64,000 bases of DNA, taken from positions 1 through 64,000 of the forward strand of contig JAZJZE010000009.1 of NCBI GenBank assembly GCA_040390065.1, in the 5' to 3' direction. Positions 37,483 to 47,298 of this stretch are shown piece after piece. Both the position numbers and the translations under genes were made by a program. The notes below the pieces were generated by a model, which did not search any database, had not been told where the DNA came from, and was given only the letters and a program-made list of their open reading frames with translations. Every line of letters starts with the position of its first letter. The first letter of the stretch is position 1. This stretch comes from a bacterium (lineage in GTDB: Archaea; Thermoplasmatota; E2; JACPAO01; JAHFTW01).

Positions 37483-37750
37483 GAGGTCATTGCATAACTG
37501 CCAGGGTGCCTGCGTCGTTTTCCGGGCTTCGCAATCCTGGCGATGGCGGCCGCCGGCGGGCCGGAAGCCCGCCAAGGCCGCCAGCGCCAGGAGTGTGTGG
37601 CCGGAAAACGACCCGGAGGGCGCGCCGCTTTGCGGCGGATTGCGGGGTCACCTCGGCCTCGGCGTGGCCAGGCCACGCAGTCGGCCAAACTTCCTTACAC
37701 TCCTTGCAAACCGGCGCGCGCAGGCTTCCTGGAAGTTATGCAAGGACCTC
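37483..37750 (-). mobile_element. MITE-like element, copy 3 (inverted)
   Basis: Reverse-complement homologue of copies 1 and 2; CTAG at both junctions. Confidence 0.85.
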
Positions 37751-38955
37751 TAGCGGCGCGTGCTGCGGCGGAACGAGGCCGTGGAGCGCGTATGCATGAC
37801 GAGCTTGACGGCGACGAGGAGGCCGACGGCGGTGCCTGCGACGGCCAAGATGACGTCCTGAACTGGGTACTGCGGCGGCTTGGGGCGGCCGACGGCGGCG
37901 GACACGCCGGTGGTGCTTTCGAGGTTCTCCGTGCACGGGCTCATCTGGGCTCTTCCCTTGAGTCCGAACAGGACTGAATCCCACCACATGTTGAGGTCGA
38001 AATCGCTCGGCGGGGTCATCTCGATGTCGACTGCATAGTGGCCCGTGGCCATCTTGCCCGTCACTTGCAGGCCGTACATGCCGAGGTGGTCCAGGTCGAA
38101 GGGCAGGTCCACCTTGCCGTTCGTCGTCGCGTCAAAGGCCACCGTCTGGTTTGCCACCGCCGCGCCGATGGGCGAGAGCACCGTGAACGTGAGTTGGTTC
38201 AGGCCGGGCGGAGCGTCGGCCGACGTCGTGACGTGGGCGACGGCCTTGCCGCCATACTTCACGTTGGCAAACGGCCGGAACGCTTTGTACTCGGGCGCAT
38301 AGGAACCGAGACCCGCCGGCAGGTTGTCGGGCGATTCCGTGTGGAAGGTGGCCGGCTTCGGCGCCGCTCCGGTGGGCGAACGGACGCGCAGGTGGAACTC
38401 GCTCTGGCCGGCCACAGGTTTGGCTGCCAGGGCGTGCGTCGCGTCGTCGCGCAGGCCGTCGTTGGCTGCGAAGAAGGTCGCCGTGAATTCCTCGCCGTCC
38501 CCCACGGGGTCGGTGAAGTTGGCGCCGTTGACGCTGATGCGGGCCGTGCCCCACGCGGCGGCGCTGGCGAGCACCGCGGGGTGGTCGGGGCCGTCGTCGA
38601 GGGCGCCATCCAAGGTGATGTTCGTGGCAATGCCGCCTTGCTTGTCGCCGCCGCCGTGGAAGCTGCTGACGTCGATGGTGACGGGCGTGATGCCGTCCAC
38701 GACGCCGACCATGCGCACGATGCCGTGTTCGCGCTCCGGCCGCAACTGGGCAAGGGCGCACCCGGCAAAGACTGCCGTCGGGTGGCCCGTGGGCGCGGAA
38801 CCCAACGCCATCACACCCGATCCGCTTCCTCCGAAAGCCATGTAGTAGGTGACGCCGTCGACGCGACCGTACCCGGATTGCACGTCTGCGGCGCTGGAAG
38901 AGATTGCCAAGGCCACGAGGGCGGCGCCCGTGATGAGGATGGAACGGGCGTTCAC
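37750..38955 (-). CDS. Secreted protein with C-terminal TM anchor
   Basis: GTG start overlapping the upstream stop; signal peptide; C-terminal TM + basic tail. Confidence 0.75.
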   Translation of the reverse strand: MNARSILITGAALVALAISSSAADVQSGYGRVDGVTYYMAFGGSGSGVMALGSAPTGHPTAVFAGCALAQLRPEREHGIVRMVGVVDGITPVTIDVSSFHGGGDKQGGIATNITLDGALDDGPDHPAVLASAAAWGTARISVNGANFTDPVGDGEEFTATFFAANDGLRDDATHALAAKPVAGQSEFHLRVRSPTGAAPKPATFHTESPDNLPAGLGSYAPEYKAFRPFANVKYGGKAVAHVTTSADAPPGLNQLTFTVLSPIGAAVANQTVAFDATTNGKVDLPFDLDHLGMYGLQVTGKMATGHYAVDIEMTPPSDFDLNMWWDSVLFGLKGRAQMSPCTENLESTTGVSAAVGRPKPPQYPVQDVILAVAGTAVGLLVAVKLVMHTRSTASFRRSTRR

Positions 38956-39569
38956 GGGGCCACCTTGGACTTGCGCGCGACTTGCTCGATGGCCGCCGTG
39001 TCGTCCCAGCCGGCCTGGAACTTGGCCAGGAATGCCGCGATGCTGAGCGGGATAGCCCCGCCGGCCAGGGCGAAGCCGGCCCCGAGGGTCGTGCGCCAGT
39101 AGCCGTCGCCGCGCAACTCGCTTGTAAACGGCGCGCTCGAGATGCCGACGCTGGCCGGCAAGCCAAACCACGTGACGGCCAGGGCGCCGGCAAGGGCAAG
39201 TGTCGCCACGCCGGATGCGGCGAGGCTGACGAAGCGGGGCACGACACGCTGGATGCCGGGCACCTCAGCAAGGAACACGATGGCCAGGCCGACGGCGGCG
39301 GCGAGGCTGAGCCACGACATGTCGCGCAGCCACTCGGCGTGCTTGGCTGGCTCGGCAACGGGGATGTCGCCGCGGGTCGTGCCTGGTCCGTCGTCCAGGG
39401 TCTGCCGCTGCACGCCCGTGTCTTGGGGCGGTTCCAGGCCGTTCGGGGGCGTGCGGCGGCCGCTCGAATGTTCGGCACTGAACCACGGGGCCATGACGGA
39501 TCCGGCCAGCATGGCGCCGGCGGCCAGGGCAAACGCGAGGGCCCACCAGGACTTCTCGATGGGCCTCAC
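38952..39569 (-). CDS. 4-TM membrane protein
   Basis: GTGA overlaps at both ends; four hydrophobic segments. Confidence 0.72.
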   Translation of the reverse strand: MRPIEKSWWALAFALAAGAMLAGSVMAPWFSAEHSSGRRTPPNGLEPPQDTGVQRQTLDDGPGTTRGDIPVAEPAKHAEWLRDMSWLSLAAAVGLAIVFLAEVPGIQRVVPRFVSLAASGVATLALAGALAVTWFGLPASVGISSAPFTSELRGDGYWRTTLGAGFALAGGAIPLSIAAFLAKFQAGWDDTAAIEQVARKSKVAP

Positions 39570-41695
39570 AGGGCACCTCCGCAGGCACAAGCCCCGACGG
39601 CGATGGGCACTGGCGGCAGGGCGCTGCGTGACGGCGGCAGCGGCTTCATGGCGTCCATGTTCTCCAGGAGGCTCCGCTGCGGGTAGTGGATTCCCGGCAC
39701 GGGGAACTGCGTCGTCGGGTCGACCGTGAGCGCAGGCAGGTTGAGGACGGTCTGGGGCCCGAGGGTAAGGTCCACGGGGGCCGGCGTCGCCGTCGCTTGG
39801 TGGTCGTCGTTGCTGCCCTGGAAGACCCACAGCACGAGGTGATGGCCTCTCGGGACGTTGACCTCGAGCGGCTCGAATTGCAGGCGGGCGACGTACTGCG
39901 TGCCCGGGGTCAACGTCTGCATTGTCTCGCCGCCCGCATAATAGCGCAGGTTGATCTGCCCGTGGCCGATGATTGGGACGCCGACGGGGTGCCAGCGCGG
40001 GACGGCGGCACTCGGTGGGGCAGCATAGGGTGCCCGGGCCGTGCCGTTGGCGTCCATGTCGAAAAGCCAGATCCCCAGTTGACCCCCGTCCCCCTGCGGC
40101 ACGAACGGCAGGGTCGCCGTCGGCATGCCGGAGATGTAGAGGTCTTGGGTCAACTCGGGACCGACGAGCTCCAGGATGGTGCCGTCCGCGTTGGGTGTGG
40201 TCGGCATGAGGCGTACGGTGGCCGTCGTCGCTCCATTGGCCTCGAGCTTGAGGTCGCCCGAAAGTTGCAATGGTGTCCAGTCGGGCTTCGCGGGCGGGAA
40301 CGAGTCGGCGTTGCGCCACTCGCCGAGGTTGTCCTCCACTTGGATGGACGGGCCCAGGTCGTGCGTCCGGTCGCCCTTGAGGTAGTGGTCCAGCCAGCGT
40401 GACAGGACCTCGGCGAAGTCGAGGCGGCAAGGCATGCTCACCCAGTCGGGCGTCGGGGTCAGGCACCTCGAATCGGGAAGCGCGTGGTCCCACTGGCCGT
40501 ACCATTCCTTCATCGGCAAGCCCTTGGCGCGCAGGGCCAGGTTGAACGGCACGACGGAGTGCGGGTCGACGTTCCAGTCTTGCAGGCCGTGGATGAGGAA
40601 GATGGAGCCGTTGTATTGGTCCAGCACCTGTTGGCGGTGGTCACGGATGGTCCAGTAGTCGGAGCCGGCGCTGCCGCGGTCTCCGGTGAGGGCTGAGACC
40701 TGCCCCATGGCCGCACCCCGGAAGGCTTCGGGACACACCAGGTTCTGCATGTCCTGGTACGGTTGGCGGCCGTTGGCTTCGGGCTGCGGCGCCGGGAACC
40801 CGGGCCAGTACGGCCACGGCAGCGGGGGCGGGATGGGCAGCGGAGGCCACGCGGGCCAGCCGCCAGGGACCTGGTTGTACGGCCAGCCGTCGCTGAAGCC
40901 GGACCCCCAGTAGACGGAGGCGTGCATGTACGCGCCGCGTGTCTCCGGCGTGCCGTTGTGGAACATGAGGTCGTAGATGTCGGGCAGCCCCGAGACCGGG
41001 ATGATGGCCTTGAGGTGGGTGTTGCCCGTGGCCGCGACCTCCCACGGCGTCGAGCCGTCATAGGAGACGCCAATCATCGCGATGTTACCGTTCGACCACG
41101 GCTGCTCGCCAAGGTACGTGATGGCCTGGTCGAGGTCATGCATCTCGGACGGGCCCATGAGGTCCATGCAGCCGCCGGACGTTCCGGTGCCACGCACGGC
41201 CAGTTGCACGACGGCGTAGCCGCGCGGCAGGAAGTTGCTGAGGCTGAAGCGCGTCGTCTGGCCCGGCCAGTCGATGGTGTCGTCGACGAGCTGGTCGGCT
41301 TGGCAGGACATGGCGCCGCTCTTGCAGTGCTGGCCAATCTCGTAGTACGGCCCGGCGTCCACGATGACCGGCACCGTGCCGGTCACGTTCATCGGGCGCC
41401 AGATGGCCATCGTGATGAACACGGTGCCGTCGCTCGAGGTCTCGCCAAGCGGCGAGGCGTACGCCGGCAAGGTCGAGCGCAGGTGGATGACTTCGGGGTG
41501 GCCTGCGACAAAGGCGCCGGCCTGCAGCACCGTCGACGTCGAGCCGAACGTGTAATTGCCTTCGAAGACGCCGGGATTCTTGTACGGCGCATCGACGTCG
41601 AAGTCATAGTAAGGCTCAACGCCGCCGACGCAGCCCGACAGGGCCGCGATCGCCAGGAGGGTCAATGCAAACGCCACGCGGCGCCCGCCCTGCAA
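39566..41695 (-). CDS. CocE/NonD (peptidase S15 / X-Pro dipeptidyl-peptidase-like) hydrolase, lipoprotein
   Basis: LSGC lipobox, RGTGTSGGC, WSNGNI..GVSYDG nucleophile elbow, HGLQDWNV, QWDH; start approximate. Confidence 0.88.
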   Translation of the reverse strand: MQGGRRVAFALTLLAIAALSGCVGGVEPYYDFDVDAPYKNPGVFEGNYTFGSTSTVLQAGAFVAGHPEVIHLRSTLPAYASPLGETSSDGTVFITMAIWRPMNVTGTVPVIVDAGPYYEIGQHCKSGAMSCQADQLVDDTIDWPGQTTRFSLSNFLPRGYAVVQLAVRGTGTSGGCMDLMGPSEMHDLDQAITYLGEQPWSNGNIAMIGVSYDGSTPWEVAATGNTHLKAIIPVSGLPDIYDLMFHNGTPETRGAYMHASVYWGSGFSDGWPYNQVPGGWPAWPPLPIPPPLPWPYWPGFPAPQPEANGRQPYQDMQNLVCPEAFRGAAMGQVSALTGDRGSAGSDYWTIRDHRQQVLDQYNGSIFLIHGLQDWNVDPHSVVPFNLALRAKGLPMKEWYGQWDHALPDSRCLTPTPDWVSMPCRLDFAEVLSRWLDHYLKGDRTHDLGPSIQVEDNLGEWRNADSFPPAKPDWTPLQLSGDLKLEANGATTATVRLMPTTPNADGTILELVGPELTQDLYISGMPTATLPFVPQGDGGQLGIWLFDMDANGTARAPYAAPPSAAVPRWHPVGVPIIGHGQINLRYYAGGETMQTLTPGTQYVARLQFEPLEVNVPRGHHLVLWVFQGSNDDHQATATPAPVDLTLGPQTVLNLPALTVDPTTQFPVPGIHYPQRSLLENMDAMKPLPPSRSALPPVPIAVGACACGGAL

Positions 41696-41699
41696 GGCC

Positions 41700-43721
41700 T
41701 CACGCTCCGGTGGCTGCCTTCGGGCGGGCCTTGGGCACGACGCGCACGGTCGGCGCATTCGTGGCAAGGGCCAGGGCGGCTTCCAGGTCGCCGACGAAGG
41801 AGATCTGGACGCGGTCCTTGTAGACCTGGTTCAAGAGGACGTCGTTGCGGTTCGCCGAGGGCACGACGACGTGGTTGTAGCCATTGTCCACGGCGCTCTC
41901 GATCTGTTGCGTGACACCGCGCACGGCGCGCAGCCCACCGCCGACGGCGAGTCCGCCGATGAGGACGACGTCTTGGCGCACCGGCAGCTTGCGCAGGGCC
42001 GAGATGGCACTGACCGCCAGGGCGACGCCGCACGCCGTCGCGTCGACGCCTTCCTGCGGCACGAGGCTCTGCAGGTGGATGTCGCTCGTCGAGATGACGT
42101 CTGGCGCCAGGGTCTTGAGGAGCGACGCCACCGTCTGGCACTGCGTCTTGCCGGAGTCCTCGATGCCGCCGCCGAACTCGATGTGGCCGCCTTGGCGGCT
42201 GATGGGCGGTGTGACGACGGCTGCGATGGGGACCATGAGGCCGGCGGGCTCGCCGACCTCGCCCGTGCCGACGACGCCGGCGCCGACGGCGCGGCCGATG
42301 GCGGTCCCGGAGGGGACTGCGACGTCGTGGTCGTGGCGCGCGTCGAGGGCCGACTGCGCGATCTGCTGCTCGAGGCTGCGGCTGAGGATCTTGGCGCGGC
42401 GCACGTCGTCGGACGTGACGGCCTTGCGGCCTTGGCTCTGGGCGATGTCGCCGGCGGTGCGCACGAGACCTCCGAGTTCACGCAGGCGGAGGGTGAGTTT
42501 GCCGCGTTGGCCGCTGCGGCGCTGGCCTTCCAGGATGACTTCGGCGATGGCGTCGCGTTCGAAGTGCGGGATGCGGCCGTCGCGGGTGACTTCCTGGGCC
42601 ACGAAGCGGCACAGCTTGAGGCGGTTGTCGTGCGTGTCCGGCATGCTGGAGTTGACGTAGACTTCGTAGCCGTAGCCGCGGATGCGCGAGCGCAGGGCGG
42701 GGTGCATGCCCTTGTGGACGCCATCGGGCGGCTGCACGGCGTCGAGGTTGCCGGCGGCAACAAGGATGAACTCGCAGGGCACAGGGTCGGTGCGCACCAT
42801 GGCACCCGAGGATGTCTCGGATTGGCCCACGATGGAGTATTGTCGGTCCTGCATGGCCGTGAGAAGCGACTGCTGCGAGTCGAGGCGCAGCACGTTGATC
42901 TCGTCGATGAACAGGATGCCCTTGTGGGCGCGGTGGATGGCGCCGATTTCAACCCGCTCGTGGGTGGGCGTCTCGAGGCCGCCCGACTGGAACGGGTCGT
43001 GGCGCACGTCGCCCAAGAGGGCGCCGGCGTGCGAGCCGGTGCCGTCGACGTACGCAGCGTGGGTCTCCTTCTTGGGATCGTGGCCGATAAGGAGTTTCGG
43101 CACGGCGAAGACGACGGAGTCCTTGCGCTGCTTGAAGATCATGAAGGCGAACAATGCGGCCAGCGTCAGCACGCCGAAGGCCATGATGTCGGGTTCGGTC
43201 TTGTGGAAGAAGCCCATGTAGATGCCGAGGCCGAGGAGGCCGCCGATGGCGGCGTAACCGATGACGGTCATGGCGACCTTGCGGCGGCGGGCGCGGCGGC
43301 GCATCGTCGTCAGGACGGTCGGGCCCTTGCCGGCGTCGACGCTGGCGATGCGCGGCTGGTTCGGGTCGGCGGCGTTGTGGTAGCTCATCACGTCCGAGAG
43401 TTTCTCGGGCGGCAGCATCTCCGACATGGCCTTCGCGATCATCGACTTGCCCGTGCCCGGGTCGCCGATGAGCAGCAGGTGGCGCTTCTGGCCGGCGGCC
43501 TTCTGCGCGGCGGCGACGGCGTGGTCTTGGCCGATGACCTGTTCGATGAGTGTTGCGGAGACGGGGACATCGTTGGAGGACTTGATGGTCGTCTGCTTGG
43601 CAATCCATTCGTACGGGTCGGTGATGAGTGCACCGTTGGTCGGAGCCTTGGCGGCGCCGTTGCCATTTGCGCTGGCGCCGTTGGTCGGGGTCTTGGGGTT
43701 CGTTTCACGGGGCATGGTCAC
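41700..43721 (-). CDS. lonB: LonB-family AAA+ ATPase with degenerate protease domain
   Basis: GDPGTGKS, 2-TM insert, DVRHDPFQSGG, LFIDE, HPALRSRIRG, LRLRELGG; catalytic Ser and Lys positions read Ala and Gln. Confidence 0.88.
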   Translation of the reverse strand: MTMPRETNPKTPTNGASANGNGAAKAPTNGALITDPYEWIAKQTTIKSSNDVPVSATLIEQVIGQDHAVAAAQKAAGQKRHLLLIGDPGTGKSMIAKAMSEMLPPEKLSDVMSYHNAADPNQPRIASVDAGKGPTVLTTMRRRARRRKVAMTVIGYAAIGGLLGLGIYMGFFHKTEPDIMAFGVLTLAALFAFMIFKQRKDSVVFAVPKLLIGHDPKKETHAAYVDGTGSHAGALLGDVRHDPFQSGGLETPTHERVEIGAIHRAHKGILFIDEINVLRLDSQQSLLTAMQDRQYSIVGQSETSSGAMVRTDPVPCEFILVAAGNLDAVQPPDGVHKGMHPALRSRIRGYGYEVYVNSSMPDTHDNRLKLCRFVAQEVTRDGRIPHFERDAIAEVILEGQRRSGQRGKLTLRLRELGGLVRTAGDIAQSQGRKAVTSDDVRRAKILSRSLEQQIAQSALDARHDHDVAVPSGTAIGRAVGAGVVGTGEVGEPAGLMVPIAAVVTPPISRQGGHIEFGGGIEDSGKTQCQTVASLLKTLAPDVISTSDIHLQSLVPQEGVDATACGVALAVSAISALRKLPVRQDVVLIGGLAVGGGLRAVRGVTQQIESAVDNGYNHVVVPSANRNDVLLNQVYKDRVQISFVGDLEAALALATNAPTVRVVPKARPKAATGA

Positions 43722-45787
43722 TTTCCTCCTTTGGCGATGGACACGGAGAGGTCTTTCCTGCGGTTGGCGAAGAAGGCGCCGGCAATGAGTGCGGCCGTGG
43801 TGATGCCGGCAGCGGGCAGCAGGACGCCGGTGGCCGTTGAACTCGTGGCCGCGGCTGGAATCGGTGGCGGGGGTCCCTGGCCGGCCGCAAACGCCGGCCC
43901 GCGCAGGTTCGTCACCTCGACGAGTTCCGCGAACTGGACTTGGCCGTAGTCGCCGATGGCGAAGAACTCGCGTTGGTAGTGCAGGCTCAGTTCGTCCTTC
44001 TTGCCGCCGGGCTCGGTGAAGTTGAAGTTGCCTTCGGGCAGTTGCAGGAAGTCGTCCTTCGTGTCGTCGTAGGCGGCCTCGGGCGCCTGCATGAGGTCGG
44101 GGTCGCTCGTGCGGTTGCCGATGTTTCCGATGTCCATGTCATGCTTGTAGAGGACACCGTAGTTCTCGTCCAGCGCAATGATGGTCTTGTGCAGGTGCGG
44201 CGAGAGCGCGGTCTTCGGGACGCCGACGGACGTCCCCGAGGACTGGATGCGCGTCTTGAGGATGAGGTGCACGACGCCCGAATATTCACGGTAGATGAGG
44301 TCCTGCACGTTCGCGTCTGTCACGCGGAACGAGGGATTCACGGGCAGGATCTTGTCGCCGTACGAGGTGAGCGGGTTCCAGTCGATGCCATGGCGATCCT
44401 CGGTGTAGTGGCCAAAGGCCGCAAGGAAGCGCAACTGGCCATCCGTCGTGGCCTGTGTGGAGAGGAGCGCGAGGCGGCCGTCCGAGCGCACGCCAAGCCG
44501 GGCGTTGCCGCCGACGATGGGGGAGGCGCCGAGGTATTGCGGCTTGCCACCCGATGGGTCCATGCGGAACAGTTCGACCGTGCCGGGCACCGCGGTGGGG
44601 TCCCAGCGGAACTGGCCTTCCTCGGGCGCGACGACGCAGCCCACGTACAGGTATCCGTCCGACAGAACTGGATTCGTGCTCGAGGAGCACGGCCCAATTG
44701 CCTCGTCGCGGCTTTGGTAGCGGTACGTGTCGTTCACTTCCAGACCCGTCCACGCGACGCCGATGACGCTGCGCGGCGTGCCGGGCTCGAGCGGCTGCGA
44801 GGTGTTGCCGGCCGCGGCGGCGGTGGCACGGCGGGGCGCGGATGCGATCGCCGATCCGCCACTGGTGGCATGGCCCGCTGCTGCGCGCTGGGTGTCGGTC
44901 ACGCCGGGCGGCGGGCATGTGACGGGCGTCTGCAGGCCTGCCATGTTGTTGCTCTCCTCCCAGGCGGTTCCGTCGGTCTTGACGTAGTAGCCCGCGGCCT
45001 CGACGGCATCGGGGTCGGCGTTGCACGGCGGCGGCGCGATAGGCTTGGCAAGATGTTCGCTCCACACGAGGGTCATGTTGTCCTGTGCGGGGTCGAAGAG
45101 GAACCAGAGTTGGCTGATGGCGCTGTCGTTGTACACGGGGCCCAGGAATTCGGCGTGGTATTCGCCGTCCTGGTGACTGTTGATGTTGGACAAGTCGCTG
45201 AACTTCTGCGCCGCGAGGATGTACCGGAACCCGGTCTTTCCGCCAGGCTCGGCGTACAGGGAACCGACGAAGACCTGGCCGTACGGGTTGATGGTGATGG
45301 CGGTCGTCTCGCCGAAGGCGCTTTCGCCGACCTTGCCGGGGGGAAGGAACGGGTTGTCGGTCCACGACGCTCCGCCATCGCGTGAGGTGAACGTGGTGAA
45401 GTCCTGGCCGCAGCGACTCTTCGTGGTGGGTCCGCGACCGTTGCAGAAATTGATGCCCGTCGCGCCATACGAACCGCCGTGCAGGCTGGCGATGACGAGG
45501 TTGTTCGGGTCCGACGGGTCGACCGCGATGGAGGGGTCGCCCATCTCGTCCTGCTCGTCGACGGCGCGTATGGGACAACCGACGCCCGGGGAATTGGTGC
45601 TGATGCTGCCGCGGCCTTGCGGGCAGGCGATGAAGATGGCATACTCGACGCCCGTGCCGCCCGCCTGGGCCGCAGCCGGGGGCGAGGCGGAGATGGGCAT
45701 CAGGCAGAGGACCAGGAATCCGGCCAGGAGAAGCCTCCAAGCCGCCGGGTGCCGTGCCGTGGTTGCCGCGTCGGGATGGCGGGCCAT
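43718..45787 (-). CDS. Large secreted protein, probable beta-propeller, C-terminal TM anchor
   Basis: Signal peptide, Asp-box SRDGGASW, C-terminal TM + NRRK; ATGA overlap with lonB. Confidence 0.78.
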   Translation of the reverse strand: MARHPDAATTARHPAAWRLLLAGFLVLCLMPISASPPAAAQAGGTGVEYAIFIACPQGRGSISTNSPGVGCPIRAVDEQDEMGDPSIAVDPSDPNNLVIASLHGGSYGATGINFCNGRGPTTKSRCGQDFTTFTSRDGGASWTDNPFLPPGKVGESAFGETTAITINPYGQVFVGSLYAEPGGKTGFRYILAAQKFSDLSNINSHQDGEYHAEFLGPVYNDSAISQLWFLFDPAQDNMTLVWSEHLAKPIAPPPCNADPDAVEAAGYYVKTDGTAWEESNNMAGLQTPVTCPPPGVTDTQRAAAGHATSGGSAIASAPRRATAAAAGNTSQPLEPGTPRSVIGVAWTGLEVNDTYRYQSRDEAIGPCSSSTNPVLSDGYLYVGCVVAPEEGQFRWDPTAVPGTVELFRMDPSGGKPQYLGASPIVGGNARLGVRSDGRLALLSTQATTDGQLRFLAAFGHYTEDRHGIDWNPLTSYGDKILPVNPSFRVTDANVQDLIYREYSGVVHLILKTRIQSSGTSVGVPKTALSPHLHKTIIALDENYGVLYKHDMDIGNIGNRTSDPDLMQAPEAAYDDTKDDFLQLPEGNFNFTEPGGKKDELSLHYQREFFAIGDYGQVQFAELVEVTNLRGPAFAAGQGPPPPIPAAATSSTATGVLLPAAGITTAALIAGAFFANRRKDLSVSIAKGGK

Positions 45788-45877
45788 GTCAGCCGTCCAG
45801 GTGGGCGGGCCCTACAAAAGAATATTGTACGCTGTATCCGCGGCCTCCTGGTCGAGGACGGGTGTGCGATGCCCGTT

Positions 45878-47254
45878 TCAGAGCAGCGATGGGCCTTGCT
45901 GCAAGGTGCCGAAGTAGACATCCGTTCCCTGCACGGCGATGCCCAGGCCAGTGCCAAGGGTGCTGGACGCGAAGGCCACGACGGGTTGGCCATTGGGCGC
46001 GATTGCGACCTCGAAGAAGTCGAGGAGGCTGCGGTCGGCGGCCAGGCAGCCGGTGCCGCTCGTGCACACCGAACCGACGTGGTTCGGCGTCTGCGTGAGG
46101 GTGACAGTCGCCGAGACGGGACTTACCTGGTCGGCCGTGACGGATTCCCACAACTTGACGTTCCATTCGTCGGGGAGGGCCTCGCCGGGCACGCCGACGA
46201 CGCTCTCGTACCAGACGACGGCGATGCGACCTGCGGCGCCAGCTGCGACCCAGGGGAAACGCGCATCCTTCAGCGGGTCGGAGATGAGTTGTGGCGTCGA
46301 CCACGTCTTTCCCTGGTCGTGCGACACGGCGAGGTACGTCCCATAGCGGGCTGCCTCCTCGGGCGGCGCTTGGCCGGCGGGCAGGCCGGTCGCGTCCGCG
46401 GAGTAGACGAGGTAGGCAGTGCCGTTGCCGTCCACCGCTACGACGGGGAAGTCGCTGGCGTAGGCGTTGGGCTCGACGGGACTCGTGCGCGGCAGGGTCG
46501 CGACGTCGGCACCCGTCCAGCTCTTGCCCTCGTCGGCCGACGCATACACGTGCACGACGGCGGGTGCGACGCCCGCGGTCTCGGCCTGGTCTACGTCGGC
46601 GATGTAGAGCAAGCCCGAGACCGGGTCGTGCGTCACCGGGCCCTCGTCGCCGTCGGGGCCGACGACGCTCTTGGGTTGCCACGTCGCGCCGCCATCCGTG
46701 GACGCGCGGAACTCGAGGGCGCCTTTGCCGCCTGCGGAGCCGCGCCACGTGGTGTAGATGTGGCCGTCGGGCGTCGCGTCGATCCATTCCCGGTCGGCGC
46801 CGGTCTTTTCGGACACGTCGAAGGCCTTGGGGAAGGTCTCGCCGCGGTCGCTGCTGGCCTGGAAAGGCACGGGGCCCGCCGCGCCGAAGAGGCCGAGCCA
46901 GTACAGGGTGCCCGCGCCGTCGACGGCGATGTCGCCGTCGCCGCCGCCTTGAGCGTCCTTCGCAGCGGCCGCGGTCCACGTCTTGCCGCCGTCGTCGCTG
47001 CGCCAGAATGCCAGGGGCGTCGAGATGTAGAGCGTGCCGTCCGGGGCGACTGCGATGTTGGGCTCCGCTCCGCCACCCGGGGAGCCGACGAGGACTTCGG
47101 GCGCAGCCTGCAGCGTGCCCAAGGTTGGCCGACCCGTCTCGACCGCCGTCGTCGTGGTCGTGGTGGAGGTGGTGGTCGTCTGCACTGCCGGCTGCGAGCA
47201 ACCGGCGGCAAGCAGCGCAATGGCCAGAAGGCCGAAGGCGGTTTGCACTCGCAT
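45878..47254 (-). CDS. BNR/Asp-box repeat (sialidase-fold) lipoprotein
   Basis: AAGC lipobox; SDDGGKTW, SSDRGETF, STDGGATW, SADEGKSW, SHDQGKTW. Confidence 0.85.
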   Translation of the reverse strand: MRVQTAFGLLAIALLAAGCSQPAVQTTTTSTTTTTTAVETGRPTLGTLQAAPEVLVGSPGGGAEPNIAVAPDGTLYISTPLAFWRSDDGGKTWTAAAAKDAQGGGDGDIAVDGAGTLYWLGLFGAAGPVPFQASSDRGETFPKAFDVSEKTGADREWIDATPDGHIYTTWRGSAGGKGALEFRASTDGGATWQPKSVVGPDGDEGPVTHDPVSGLLYIADVDQAETAGVAPAVVHVYASADEGKSWTGADVATLPRTSPVEPNAYASDFPVVAVDGNGTAYLVYSADATGLPAGQAPPEEAARYGTYLAVSHDQGKTWSTPQLISDPLKDARFPWVAAGAAGRIAVVWYESVVGVPGEALPDEWNVKLWESVTADQVSPVSATVTLTQTPNHVGSVCTSGTGCLAADRSLLDFFEVAIAPNGQPVVAFASSTLGTGLGIAVQGTDVYFGTLQQGPSLL

Positions 47255-47298
47255 GGAGCGGGCCACGGCGCGGGCCCGTTTAGGCTTGCGCCACGGGG

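Noticed and set aside
24421-37750. Integron-like cassette array of small genes separated by repeats
   Set aside because: The repeats are dispersed, in mixed orientation, have TIR/TA-junction features rather than attC R/L boxes, and no tyrosine integrase is in the window.
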